Source: Alphaproteobacteria bacterium (GTDB lineage Bacteria; Pseudomonadota; Alphaproteobacteria; RF32; CAG-239). From it: a stretch of 64,000 nt of DNA. Location: NCBI GenBank assembly GCA_045615365.1, contig JAZLEQ010000042.1, forward strand, positions 41,375-105,374, read 5' to 3'. The notes beneath the pieces are model-generated. The model searched no databases. It saw nothing but the letters and a program-made list of their open reading frames with translations, and was not told the origin of the DNA. The position numbers were made by a program, and so were the translations under genes. This document shows, piece after piece, positions 9,150 through 17,977 of this stretch; the first letter of the stretch is position 1; the number at the start of each line of letters is the position of its first letter.

Positions 9150-9778
9150 TTTATACTATTATTATCACCATTTGAACAAGCGCCTGAAATATCACTTGGA
9201 TTAACCGGAAGAACAAAAGAATCTTCTTTTTTATTGTTTGGCAAGTCAAATGTTTTCTTATAAAGAGCTTCTTTTGTCGCATCTCCCTGAAAGTCTTTAT
9301 TTTTATTTAATTCTAATTTATACAAAATCAAAGAACCTTTTGTAGACCAATTCATACTGGCTAAGGTTCTGCAGGTTTTGTTTTTTAAACCGTCAAAAGT
9401 AATGGAATATCGTCCGTTAGCATCAACAACATTTCCATTCATATCAAGCACCTTCGCCTGTTCAACCACAACACTTCCTTTTCCGCTGTGAATCAGTTTA
9501 TTATTATTACACATTTTAAACGGAGCTAATTTATCTTTACATATATTTTCATCCGCATTTCCCGTAAACAAAGCTTTATAAGTTCCGTCAAACTGATATT
9601 TTGAAGTTATTGCTTTTTGTAAATCTCTTATTTCGGAAGATATCATAGACTGGTTAAACATATCAAAAACAGCGCCTATCATTTTTATAATAGATATTCC
9701 CAACATCGAAATAACCGTCAAAGTAGCCAAAGCCTCCATCATTGTGGCACCTTTTTGACTGTTTTTATGTAGAAACAT
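9134..9778 (-). CDS. type IV pilin / pseudopilin-like protein with a prepilin-type N-terminal signal
   Basis: The start at ATG 9778 is preceded by GGAGG. The N-terminus MFLHKNSQKG|ATMMEALATLTVISMLGISII has the basic leader, Gly, Glu at +5 and hydrophobic helix typical of prepilin peptidase substrates. C-terminal Cys residues are compatible with disulfide loops. Confidence 0.6.
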   Translation of the reverse strand: MFLHKNSQKGATMMEALATLTVISMLGISIIKMIGAVFDMFNQSMISSEIRDLQKAITSKYQFDGTYKALFTGNADENICKDKLAPFKMCNNNKLIHSGKGSVVVEQAKVLDMNGNVVDANGRYSITFDGLKNKTCRTLASMNWSTKGSLILYKLELNKNKDFQGDATKEALYKKTFDLPNNKKEDSFVLPVNPSDISGACSNGDNNSIKWTFF

Positions 9779-9926
9779 TTTTCCTCCTTGAAACAACTTC
9801 AATTATATTAACATTAAAAAACGATATAAACAACAAATTATGTAATTTTTTTCTTTTCTTTTTTCTTTTATGATTTTATAGTATATTTGTTTTTATTAAT
9901 AAACAAAAAATAAAAGGGAGACTTTA

Positions 9927-10466
9927 ATGTTAAAAAAATTAGGTTTATTAGCATTGTTCGGCACACTTTTCTGCACAAACGCCAATGCATTGGAATTCAG
10001 ACCTTATGTTGGTTTGCAATATAACTATTCAGAAATAGACGCTGAAGATGTTACTCCGGATATGAACTCATATTCTGTTATTCTCGGAACCGAATATAAC
10101 AGATATTTCGGCACTGAAATTTTTTATCAAAATTCTGATAAATCAAACGATTACTACAAAGGTGAAAAAGTAAAAACAGATTTTGCAGCCTATGGTTTGG
10201 ATGCATATGGATACCTTCCTTTAGGATGCGACAGAGTGTTTTCTTTATTAGCAACCGCAGGTATTGCTAATTATGATTTTGATATCACAACACCTGAAGA
10301 AAAAGGTGATGACAACGGCTTAGGATATCGTCTCGGTGCCGGTATTCAATATAGCCTTACCAACAACATTTCTTTCAGAGCAATCGGTCGCTATATCTGG
10401 TTAGATAAAGTTGACGGAGCCGACAACGCTCAAGAATACTCTTTAGGTGTAAAATACACTTTCTAA
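9927..10466 (+). CDS. small outer-membrane beta-barrel protein (OmpA-like/OMP_b-brl type)
   Basis: Signal peptide MLKKLGLLALFGTLFCTNANA, alternating aromatic/hydrophilic strands and a C-terminal YSLGVKYTF. RBS AAGGGAG. Confidence 0.75.
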   Translation: MLKKLGLLALFGTLFCTNANALEFRPYVGLQYNYSEIDAEDVTPDMNSYSVILGTEYNRYFGTEIFYQNSDKSNDYYKGEKVKTDFAAYGLDAYGYLPLGCDRVFSLLATAGIANYDFDITTPEEKGDDNGLGYRLGAGIQYSLTNNISFRAIGRYIWLDKVDGADNAQEYSLGVKYTF

Positions 10467-10486
10467 AACAAACAAAAAAATAAAAA

Positions 10487-10513
10487 AGGAAGATGATTAA
10501 ATCTTCCTTTTTT
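10487..10513 (+). terminator. rho-independent terminator
   Basis: AGGAAGAT (10487-10494), loop GATTAA, ATCTTCCT (10501-10508), followed by a T-run. Confidence 0.7.
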
Positions 10514-10568
10514 ATTTTTATCTGATATATTCATACCTATAATAACTTTTTTTTCCAAAGGATTACTC

Positions 10569-11039
10569 ATGAAAAAATTTTCATTTATATTTTTTTCCTT
10601 GTTTTTAATAGCTTCTTGTTCACCAAAAGATACTACTCAAGAAAAAACCAAAGAAGCCTCTGCTTCTCTTGATAAAGAAACTGTGTTTTCCTTTGATGTA
10701 AAAAACATTTCCGAAGGTTGCAATTCATCTTCTGATTTAATTTGCACAATTAATTTAGCCACCAAATGCACACTAAATCCCGACTTTTTGGAATGCCTGC
10801 AAAACAAAGACAGGTTGCCTTCTTTCGTATTCATGAAAGATGAAACTTTACAAAGACCAACCTTCCAAACATACAAAATAACCAAACTTGTTCCTCGTGC
10901 AGACGGAGCTGTAGAAGTTCACACTCAAAGTTCTTGCGACGGTAATTGGTTTGGATTGTGCAACGGAAATATTATCTATGTAATGAAGAATATCAATTCA
11001 ACATGGCAAATAACCGATATGTATGCTCTTGAGATATAA
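10569..11039 (+). CDS. hypothetical lipoprotein
   Basis: Lipobox LIASC after a hydrophobic signal (MKKFSFIFFSLFLIASCS). The mature part is Cys-rich. No recognised domain. Confidence 0.65.
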   Translation: MKKFSFIFFSLFLIASCSPKDTTQEKTKEASASLDKETVFSFDVKNISEGCNSSSDLICTINLATKCTLNPDFLECLQNKDRLPSFVFMKDETLQRPTFQTYKITKLVPRADGAVEVHTQSSCDGNWFGLCNGNIIYVMKNINSTWQITDMYALEI

Positions 11040-11041
11040 AA

Positions 11042-11332
11042 CTATTCAACCAACTTAAAAAAATCTCTGTTTTCTTTATTTGTTTCAATTTCAGAAACAT
11101 CATATTCAACAACAAACACTTTTCCTGAAAACATTTTAACCAAATCTTCTTCGGGAATAGTGTTTTTTGGAATTTTTTTTGTTTTAGCATATTGTTTTAT
11201 ATTTTTTTTATATTCTTTTTGTATGTTTTTATACTCCGGTGTTTTATCATCTGTTTTTTCAAAAGAAAAACTCTCACTGGAACCGACAATTAAAAACATT
11301 AAAACAAACAACAAATATTTCATTTTAATCAA
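11042..11332 (-). CDS. small secreted hypothetical protein
   Basis: 96 aa with signal peptide MKYLLFVLMFLIVGSSESFS and a Lys-rich mature part. Confidence 0.5.
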   Translation of the reverse strand: MIKMKYLLFVLMFLIVGSSESFSFEKTDDKTPEYKNIQKEYKKNIKQYAKTKKIPKNTIPEEDLVKMFSGKVFVVEYDVSEIETNKENRDFFKLVE

Positions 11333-11367
11333 CCTTACATTAACCTATTTTGTATAACATACATTAT

Positions 11368-12036
11368 ATGATTAAAAAGCTTTTTTTTGTATTAATTCTT
11401 GTTTTTTTATATATTTTTGCACCATCATTTTTTTATACCGATTGTGCAGAGGTTGCCGTTAACCCAAAAATAACCCTATATTCATCTTTTGGCAAATTAA
11501 AAACAGATACATCAAAAAACACCGATCAACTGACTGAATTGTCCGAAAAACTGCATCTTTTGGATAAAGACTACAAAACCCCCGGACTAACAACTATAAA
11601 AATCAATTTCAACATAGAAACCCAAACTTTCGGCTTCTTGTCAAAAAACAAAAAAATATGCGTAATTCCCAAAGAAGTAACTATTTTTCTTGCTATAGAT
11701 TCTCCAACAATTTATATATCCCGAGATTTAAGAAAAAACAGTTGTAAATACAACCTAACTTCGTACCATGAATTGACTCATCATCTGATAAACATAAAAA
11801 CTTTTGAATATTATCTTCCTCTTTTTAAGATTGCTGCAGAAAAAATAATAAAAGAAACCAAACCTTTAACAATATCAGATAAGAATCAAATAAATAAAGT
11901 AAGTTTTGAATTATCAAAACAATACAACAAAAAACTTTCACCTCTTGTAAAATACATAAACAAAGAGATGTTAAATCAACAAAAATTTTTAGACAACGAG
12001 CAAAACTACAAATATGAATCCGAAATTTGCAATTAA
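11368..12036 (+). CDS. hypothetical exported protein with an HExxH motif (possible Zn-metallopeptidase, DUF922-like by inference)
   Basis: N-terminal hydrophobic signal/anchor (MIKKLFFVLILVFLYIFAP) and SYHELTHHLIN (HExxH). The start is set at ATG 11368 rather than TTG 11350. Confidence 0.55.
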   Translation: MIKKLFFVLILVFLYIFAPSFFYTDCAEVAVNPKITLYSSFGKLKTDTSKNTDQLTELSEKLHLLDKDYKTPGLTTIKINFNIETQTFGFLSKNKKICVIPKEVTIFLAIDSPTIYISRDLRKNSCKYNLTSYHELTHHLINIKTFEYYLPLFKIAAEKIIKETKPLTISDKNQINKVSFELSKQYNKKLSPLVKYINKEMLNQQKFLDNEQNYKYESEICN

Positions 12037-12704
12037 TCTTTTTGTTTTTTAATTACATCTTCCAAAAAACTTTCGATTCCTTTGTAAGCATAATCTATAT
12101 ATTTTTTGTCTTTTGCCGAATTATTCTGATAATAAATTCTAACTGTTAACATACCTGTTTCTTTAGCAAATTCCAAATTAGAATAACTATCATCAACAAA
12201 TATACAATCATTCGGATTTTTATCTATTTTTTCACAAAACTTGTAATAAACATCGGCATTTTTATTTTTCTTAAAAACCCCAAAATCTTCAACAGAATAA
12301 AACTTATTCTTAAAAAATTCATAAATTTCCAAATGTTTCAATATTTTTTCCGAAGCATATCTGTCACTTGCCGTAAAAATATATTGATCAGCCTTAATTT
12401 TTTGCAATTTTTCCAACAAATTTTCATAAGGTATTATTTTTTCAACAGGTTTTCTTTTATGATAAGCCTTAAACAAATCTTCCGGTTTAATTCCATAATC
12501 TCTATAAAAAATTTCTCCGCCATCTCTGTAAATTTTATATGATTCGGTAACCATGTTTTTAACTTTTTCAACATCCATATCAAAACCCAAATCATAAACC
12601 AAAGCTTCAGCCATAGTCTTGTCTAACAAATCACAAAACCAATCTGTTTTTCCGTAAAGTGTTTCATCCAAATCATAAATTATAACATTTCTGCCGAAAA
12701 TCAA
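12033..12704 (-). CDS. HAD-superfamily hydrolase (pyrimidine 5'-nucleotidase-like)
   Basis: Motif I IIYDLDETLY, motif with TASDR, and a late FVDDS. TTG start preceded by AAGGAG. Confidence 0.75.
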   Translation of the reverse strand: MIFGRNVIIYDLDETLYGKTDWFCDLLDKTMAEALVYDLGFDMDVEKVKNMVTESYKIYRDGGEIFYRDYGIKPEDLFKAYHKRKPVEKIIPYENLLEKLQKIKADQYIFTASDRYASEKILKHLEIYEFFKNKFYSVEDFGVFKKNKNADVYYKFCEKIDKNPNDCIFVDDSYSNLEFAKETGMLTVRIYYQNNSAKDKKYIDYAYKGIESFLEDVIKKQKD

Positions 12705-12769
12705 AATTCCAACTCCTTAACAATTCATTTTTTAAAGGCTATAATAAAAATTATATCAAATCAACAAAA

Positions 12770-13459
12770 TTAAACATTCCAAATCGGATTTTTAATTTCA
12801 TTTTCCAAAAATGTTTTATGATTTTCTTCATAATTTTCACTTATATCAAAAATTCTCGGTTGCCTGAACAATTTTTCACTATTTCTATTTTCACTTATTG
12901 CAATTTTTTCTTTATTTTTTTTAGCATCCAAAAGCAAGCTTGGTTCTTTTCCGCCCAAAAGTTCCAAATAAACTTCAGCCAACAGTTCGGCATCAAGCAG
13001 AGCTCCGTGGAAAGTTCTGGCACTATTATCAATATTATATCTTTTACAAAGAGCGTCCAAAGAGCATCTTGCTCCCGGAAACATAGAACGAGCAATAGCT
13101 AATGTATCAATACAATCATCCCAATTAAGTTGTGGTTTTGAAAGTTGTTTTAATTCATAATTAACAAAATTCATATCAAAAGATGCATTATGAGCAACCA
13201 ACTTAGCATCCCCCACAAACTCCAACCATTCATCAGCCACTTTATCAAAAGTCGGATAATCTTTTAACATCTCATAAGTCAATCCGTGAACTTTCACAGC
13301 ATCCTCTGGAACATCTCTTTCCGGATTAATATATTGATGATAAGTTTTTCCGGTCGGCAAATGATTTACTAGCTCAACCGCACCTATTTCAATTAATCTG
13401 TCACCCTTATCATAATAAAAACCTGTGGTTTCCGTATCGAAAACAATTTCTCTGACCAT
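12770..13459 (-). CDS. dnaQ: DNA polymerase III subunit epsilon (3'-5' exonuclease)
   Basis: Exo I FDTETTG, Exo II LVAHNASFDMNF, Exo III HGALLDAELLAEVYLEL. Confidence 0.92.
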   Translation of the reverse strand: MVREIVFDTETTGFYYDKGDRLIEIGAVELVNHLPTGKTYHQYINPERDVPEDAVKVHGLTYEMLKDYPTFDKVADEWLEFVGDAKLVAHNASFDMNFVNYELKQLSKPQLNWDDCIDTLAIARSMFPGARCSLDALCKRYNIDNSARTFHGALLDAELLAEVYLELLGGKEPSLLLDAKKNKEKIAISENRNSEKLFRQPRIFDISENYEENHKTFLENEIKNPIWNV

Positions 13460-13461
13460 TT

Positions 13462-14043
13462 TTACAATTCCAATTCTTTTATAATTAATATCAATTCTCT
13501 TTTAAGCAAATTCATAGATTTATTCGTATCAACAACAAAATCCGCAAATTTTTTCTTATCCTCATTTTTCATCTGTAAATTATTAATTTTTTCAAAATCT
13601 TTTTCAGAAACATTATCTCTTTTCATAACTCTTTGTTTTTGAATTTCATAATCCACATCGGCTAAAATAACAGCATCACAATATTTATCCCATTTTTTTT
13701 CAAAAAGCAAAGCAGCATCAAGAAAAAATAAATAATTTTTTTTTGCTGTTGAATTTATTTTATTTTTAATTTTTCTATTCAAAAAAGGATAAATTAAATT
13801 TTCCAACTTATTAAGTTTTTCAACATCTGAAAACACCAAATTTCTAAGACATCTCTTATCTATATCCCCGTTTTTCACACACTCACTAAAATTTATTTTC
13901 AATTTTTCTAAGAATTTTTTATTATAATACAATGCTCTAACCCAAGCATCTATATCAAAAACCGCATACCCGAGTTTTTTAATTATCTTAGCAATCGTTG
14001 TTTTTCCGCAACCTATAGAACCGGTTATAGCAACCAACTTCAT
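13462..14043 (-). CDS. coaE: dephospho-CoA kinase
   Basis: P-loop VAITGSIGCGKTT with family-typical length and layout, immediately upstream of dnaQ. Confidence 0.88.
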   Translation of the reverse strand: MKLVAITGSIGCGKTTIAKIIKKLGYAVFDIDAWVRALYYNKKFLEKLKINFSECVKNGDIDKRCLRNLVFSDVEKLNKLENLIYPFLNRKIKNKINSTAKKNYLFFLDAALLFEKKWDKYCDAVILADVDYEIQKQRVMKRDNVSEKDFEKINNLQMKNEDKKKFADFVVDTNKSMNLLKRELILIIKELEL

Positions 14044-14521
14044 ATTATTATCCTACAATCAAAAGGTTAGACTACTTTTCCACAAACGGCTCAAAATCTG
14101 TGCATAAAAAACCGTTTTATAAAATTCATCTTATATTATTACACATATATAAAATTTAAAATCAACACTTATAAACAAGAGATTTTTTTATCCTCCCCTG
14201 TTGATAACAAAATTTCAAAAAAAATACTAAAATTTCTCTTTTCAATACTATTGTTATTAAAAAGCAAAAGGTTAACAAAAAATTAAAAAAGGATTCGCCA
14301 AAACTTATCGACAAGCATCAATCCTGTGCACAACTCAGATGATAAAAAATAATCCACAAGACTCACATCGATATACAAATAACAACAAAACTTTTTAAAT
14401 ATATTATTAGGCCCTTCGGGCTGTTAATAAAAATAATTGACATTTTTCAAAAAACAACCTATACCAAAATCAATAAATAAAAAAATTTATTTCTCAAAAC
14501 AATTTCCCAAAAAAGGTAACT
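14044..14521. other. candidate chromosomal replication origin (oriC)
   Basis: AT-rich gene-free gap between divergent coaE and rho. Five 9-mers lie within one mismatch of TTATCCACA: 14076-14084, 14099-14107 (rc), 14199-14207 (rc), 14305-14313 and 14350-14358. Two more have two mismatches (14188-14196, 14325-14333). TTAA-N7-TTAA occurs at 14272-14286. Gene orientation switches here. Confidence 0.55.
14437..14465 (+). promoter_or_regulatory. candidate rho promoter
   Basis: TTGACA (14437-14442), 17-nt spacer, TATACC (14460-14465), 57 nt upstream of the rho ATG. A short GC hairpin GCCC-TTC-GGGC lies at 14411-14421. Confidence 0.3.
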
Positions 14522-15775
14522 ATGAATTTAAAAGATTTAAAACAAAAATCTCCTGTTGAGTTATTAACTCAAGCAGAGAAACTTGGCATAGAAGACGCTT
14601 CTTCAATGCGCAAGCAAGACCTTATGTTTGCAATTCTCAAAAAAACAGTTGGAGAAGACGAAGCTATAACAGGTGAAGGTGTAATTGAAGTTATGCAAGA
14701 CGGCTTTGGATTCTTGCGTTCTTCAGAATCAAACTATCTGGCAGGTCCTGATGATATATATGTATCTCCCGCTCAAGTTAAAAAGTTTGGTCTAAGAACC
14801 GGCGATACAGTTGAAGGGGAAATTCGTGCACCCAAAGAAAACGAAAGATATTTTGCTTTGGTAGATATAAATAAGATTAATTTTGATAATCCTGAAAAAT
14901 CAAAATTGCGAGTAAATTTTGACAACCTCACACCATTATATCCGAATGAAAAACTGAATTTTGATATAATTTGCGGTGATAAAGATTATACCACCCGCGT
15001 TATAGACTTAATATCTCCGCAAGGAAAAGGACAAAGAGGTCTGATTGTAGCACCTCCTCGCACAGGTAAAACGGTGATGTTGCAAAATATAGCTCATGCT
15101 ATTGCAGAAAACCACCCTGAATGCTATTTAATGGTCTTATTGATAGATGAACGCCCTGAAGAAGTAACCGATATGACTCGCTCTGTTAAAGGCGAAGTTA
15201 TATCATCAACTTTTGATGAACCGGCAACACGTCACGTTCAAGTTGCTGAAATGGTTATTGAAAAAGCTAAAAGGCTCGTTGAAAATAAAAAAGATGTTGT
15301 AATTTTACTCGACTCAATCACCCGTCTTGGCAGAGCCTACAACACAGTTATTCCTTCATCAGGAAAAGTTTTAACCGGTGGTGTAGATGCCAATGCACTC
15401 CAAAGGCCTAAAAGGCTTCTTGGAGCCGCTCGCAATGTTGAAGAAGGCGGATCACTAACCATAATTGCAACCGCACTAATTGATACCGGTTCAAGAATGG
15501 ACGAAGTTATTTTTGAAGAATTTAAGGGAACAGGTAATTCTGAAATTATATTGGATAGAAAATTAACCGATAAGAGATTATTCCCAACCATTGATATAAC
15601 CCGTTCCGGCACCAGAAAAGAAGAACTTTTGGTAAATAAAGATATTCTTACCAAAATGTGGGTATTACGTCGTGTTCTTATGCAAATGGGAATGACCGAC
15701 GGCATGGAATTTTTGCTTGATAAATTAAAAGTCAGCAAAGATAATAACGACTTCTTTAATAACATGAATTCTTAA
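14522..15775 (+). CDS. rho: transcription termination factor Rho
   Basis: N-terminal [10 protein letters not shown]..., cold-shock-like RNA-binding domain (GFGFLR), P-loop PPRTGKT and [11 protein letters not shown]. Confidence 0.97.
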   Translation: MNLKDLKQKSPVELLTQAEKLGIEDASSMRKQDLMFAILKKTVGEDEAITGEGVIEVMQDGFGFLRSSESNYLAGPDDIYVSPAQVKKFGLRTGDTVEGEIRAPKENERYFALVDINKINFDNPEKSKLRVNFDNLTPLYPNEKLNFDIICGDKDYTTRVIDLISPQGKGQRGLIVAPPRTGKTVMLQNIAHAIAENHPECYLMVLLIDERPEEVTDMTRSVKGEVISSTFDEPATRHVQVAEMVIEKAKRLVENKKDVVILLDSITRLGRAYNTVIPSSGKVLTGGVDANALQRPKRLLGAARNVEEGGSLTIIATALIDTGSRMDEVIFEEFKGTGNSEIILDRKLTDKRLFPTIDITRSGTRKEELLVNKDILTKMWVLRRVLMQMGMTDGMEFLLDKLKVSKDNNDFFNNMNS

Positions 15776-15780
15776 ACAAA

Positions 15781-15809
15781 AAAAAGCTCCTGAATTAGGA
15801 GCTTTTTTT
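15781..15809. terminator. bidirectional rho-independent terminator
   Basis: AGCTCCT (15785-15791), loop GAATT, AGGAGCT (15797-15803), flanked by an A-run and a T-run, between convergent rho and the HAD gene. Confidence 0.75.
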
Positions 15810-15810
15810 A

Positions 15811-16470
15811 TTAACTGAAATTTTTTATCAAAAATTCATTCACATCTTTCATATTATCAAAAACATGTTCTACAGGCATTTTTTTAATTTCTTCTTTATA
15901 ATAATCATTGCTATACTGAATAAAAGCAACAGGAGTCATTTTTGCACTTATAGCAGCTCTAAGCCCTGCTAATGAATCTTCCACCACAATACAATCTTTT
16001 GGTTCATATCCCATAGATTTTGCCGCCAATAAAAACAAATCAGGTTCAGGTTTTCCTACTTTAACCATATCCACCGTAAAAACTTTTTCTTCCGGAAAAT
16101 ATTTTCTGATACCCACACTTTCAATTTTTAATTTTGTTTTATTTTTAATTCCTCCGGTTGCAATACATTGTTCAAAATTTTTGTTATTAAAAATATCTTC
16201 AAGTCCGTCTGTTAACACAAAACCTTCTTCATATTTTTTTGCATCCATTGCCCAAACTTTTTTCCAAAAAGCATCATCAATATTTATTCCCAATTTTGCA
16301 AAAACAACTTTTTTATCATTATCGCTCATTCCGCCGATATTTTTAAAAGTATCAATCAAACTCCAATTTGTTCCGTAAGATTGATTCAAAACTTCCATTC
16401 TGTTAATCACCCAAAGTTTTTCTGTATCGGCAATAACACCGTCAAAATCCCAAATTATTAATTTTTTCAT
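15811..16470 (-). CDS. HAD-superfamily hydrolase (beta-phosphoglucomutase-like subfamily)
   Basis: IIWDFDGVIADTE motif I, ATGG, and VVEDSLAGLRAA. The start is set at ATG 16470 (MKKLII..., RBS AGAGGAAAA). Confidence 0.8.
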   Translation of the reverse strand: MKKLIIWDFDGVIADTEKLWVINRMEVLNQSYGTNWSLIDTFKNIGGMSDNDKKVVFAKLGINIDDAFWKKVWAMDAKKYEEGFVLTDGLEDIFNNKNFEQCIATGGIKNKTKLKIESVGIRKYFPEEKVFTVDMVKVGKPEPDLFLLAAKSMGYEPKDCIVVEDSLAGLRAAISAKMTPVAFIQYSNDYYKEEIKKMPVEHVFDNMKDVNEFLIKNFS

Positions 16471-16644
16471 ATTTTCCTCTAAAAAAACAGCTTCGCAGGA
16501 AGCCCACACAAAAGAATTTAGAAGATTCTATAATATATTGATTAAAAAAATATAAAAACCCTCTCTTGAGTCAAAAAAAAGCTTTTTTGTGCTTGCAAGA
16601 TTTTTCTAATGATTTTATAACTCTAAAACAAGAGGAAAAATCAA

Positions 16645-17976
16645 ATGACAAACAAAACCATATATGCTCTATCAACCGTAAACGGAAAATCCGGTGTTGC
16701 CATAATTCGTATATCAGGCGACAAAGCAATCAATGTTATAAGAAACATGACAGATATTTCTGTAGAAAATATAATTCCCAGAAAAGCCTATTTTTCAAAT
16801 ATTAAAGATTTATCGGGCAATCTGCTGGATAAAGCCCTGATTATGTATTTTTCTGCACCAAACTCTTTTACGGGAGAAGATATCGTAGAACTTCATCTTC
16901 ATGGTTCAAAAGCTGTCATATCATCAGTATTGGCTTGTTTGTCATCACTAGAAGATTTTCGTTTAGCCGAAGCCGGAGAATTTTCTAAAAGAGCGTTTTA
17001 TAACAACAAAATGGATTTAACCGAAGCCGAAGGTTTAGCAGATCTTATAGATGCTGAAACCTCCGAACAACAAAAATACGCATTAAGACAAATAGAAGGA
17101 AATCTAAAAAATCTTTATGACGGATGGCGAGAAGAACTCCTAAGAATAATGAGTCACCTTGAAGCATACATAGATTTCCCTGATGAAGACTTACCTTCTG
17201 ACATTATTGAAAATATGCAAAACACTGTATTTAAAATTAAAGAAGATATAAAAAAGCATCTTTCGGGTAATAATATTGGTGAAAGGCTGAGAGATGGCTT
17301 TAGAGTTGCAATTATAGGCGAACCTAATTCCGGCAAGTCATCGCTTGTAAATACCATTGTCGGCAGAGAGGCCGTAATTGTTTCAGACATAGCAGGAACA
17401 ACCCGTGACGCTATAGATATTCATCTTAATGTAAGAGGATATCCGATAATTATAACAGATACTGCAGGTTTGCGAAATACAGATGAATCTATTGAAAAGA
17501 AAGGAATAGAAATAGCTTACAAAAAAGCAAACGAAGCCGATTTTGTAATATGTTTATTTGATGCCGAAAAAACAATTCCGCAAGAGTTTTCAAATATTGC
17601 AGGAAACAAAAGCATTTATGTTGCCAACAAATGCGACAAACTATCTCAAGAAACAATAAGTTTGCTTAAAAATAAAGGTTATACAACCATTTCAGCAAAA
17701 CAAAATCAAGGAATTGAAGATATATTTGAAATTATAGGAAACAAGATATCTGAAGAATTTTCTTCAACTTCCGGATATTTAATAACTCGTCAACGTTATC
17801 AAGAAGCTTTAAGAAACACTGTTAATTGTTTGGAAAACTTTAATTTTGATAAAGAAATAGAGCTTTCAGCCGAAGATTTGCGATTAGCTTGTAGAGAGAT
17901 CGGAAAAATCACCGGAAGAATAGAGATAAATGAAATATTAGATAAAATTTTCGGCTCTTTTTGTATTGGGAAATAG
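16645..17976 (+). CDS. mnmE: tRNA modification GTPase MnmE
   Basis: [13 protein letters not shown]-domain [10 protein letters not shown] / DTAG / NKCD, and the C-terminal FCIGK motif. Confidence 0.95.
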   Translation: MTNKTIYALSTVNGKSGVAIIRISGDKAINVIRNMTDISVENIIPRKAYFSNIKDLSGNLLDKALIMYFSAPNSFTGEDIVELHLHGSKAVISSVLACLSSLEDFRLAEAGEFSKRAFYNNKMDLTEAEGLADLIDAETSEQQKYALRQIEGNLKNLYDGWREELLRIMSHLEAYIDFPDEDLPSDIIENMQNTVFKIKEDIKKHLSGNNIGERLRDGFRVAIIGEPNSGKSSLVNTIVGREAVIVSDIAGTTRDAIDIHLNVRGYPIIITDTAGLRNTDESIEKKGIEIAYKKANEADFVICLFDAEKTIPQEFSNIAGNKSIYVANKCDKLSQETISLLKNKGYTTISAKQNQGIEDIFEIIGNKISEEFSSTSGYLITRQRYQEALRNTVNCLENFNFDKEIELSAEDLRLACREIGKITGRIEINEILDKIFGSFCIGK

Positions 17977-17977
17977 A

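Noticed and set aside
14272-14286. TTAA-N7-TTAA treated as a definite CtrA binding site.
   Set aside because: Only one full motif was found, and such a motif is fairly likely by chance in DNA this AT-rich. It is kept only as supporting evidence within the oriC hypothesis.
16566-16805. 79-aa ORF upstream of and overlapping mnmE.
   Set aside because: It is out of frame with, and overlaps, the well-supported mnmE start at 16645. Its composition is Cys/Lys/Arg-rich with no RBS.
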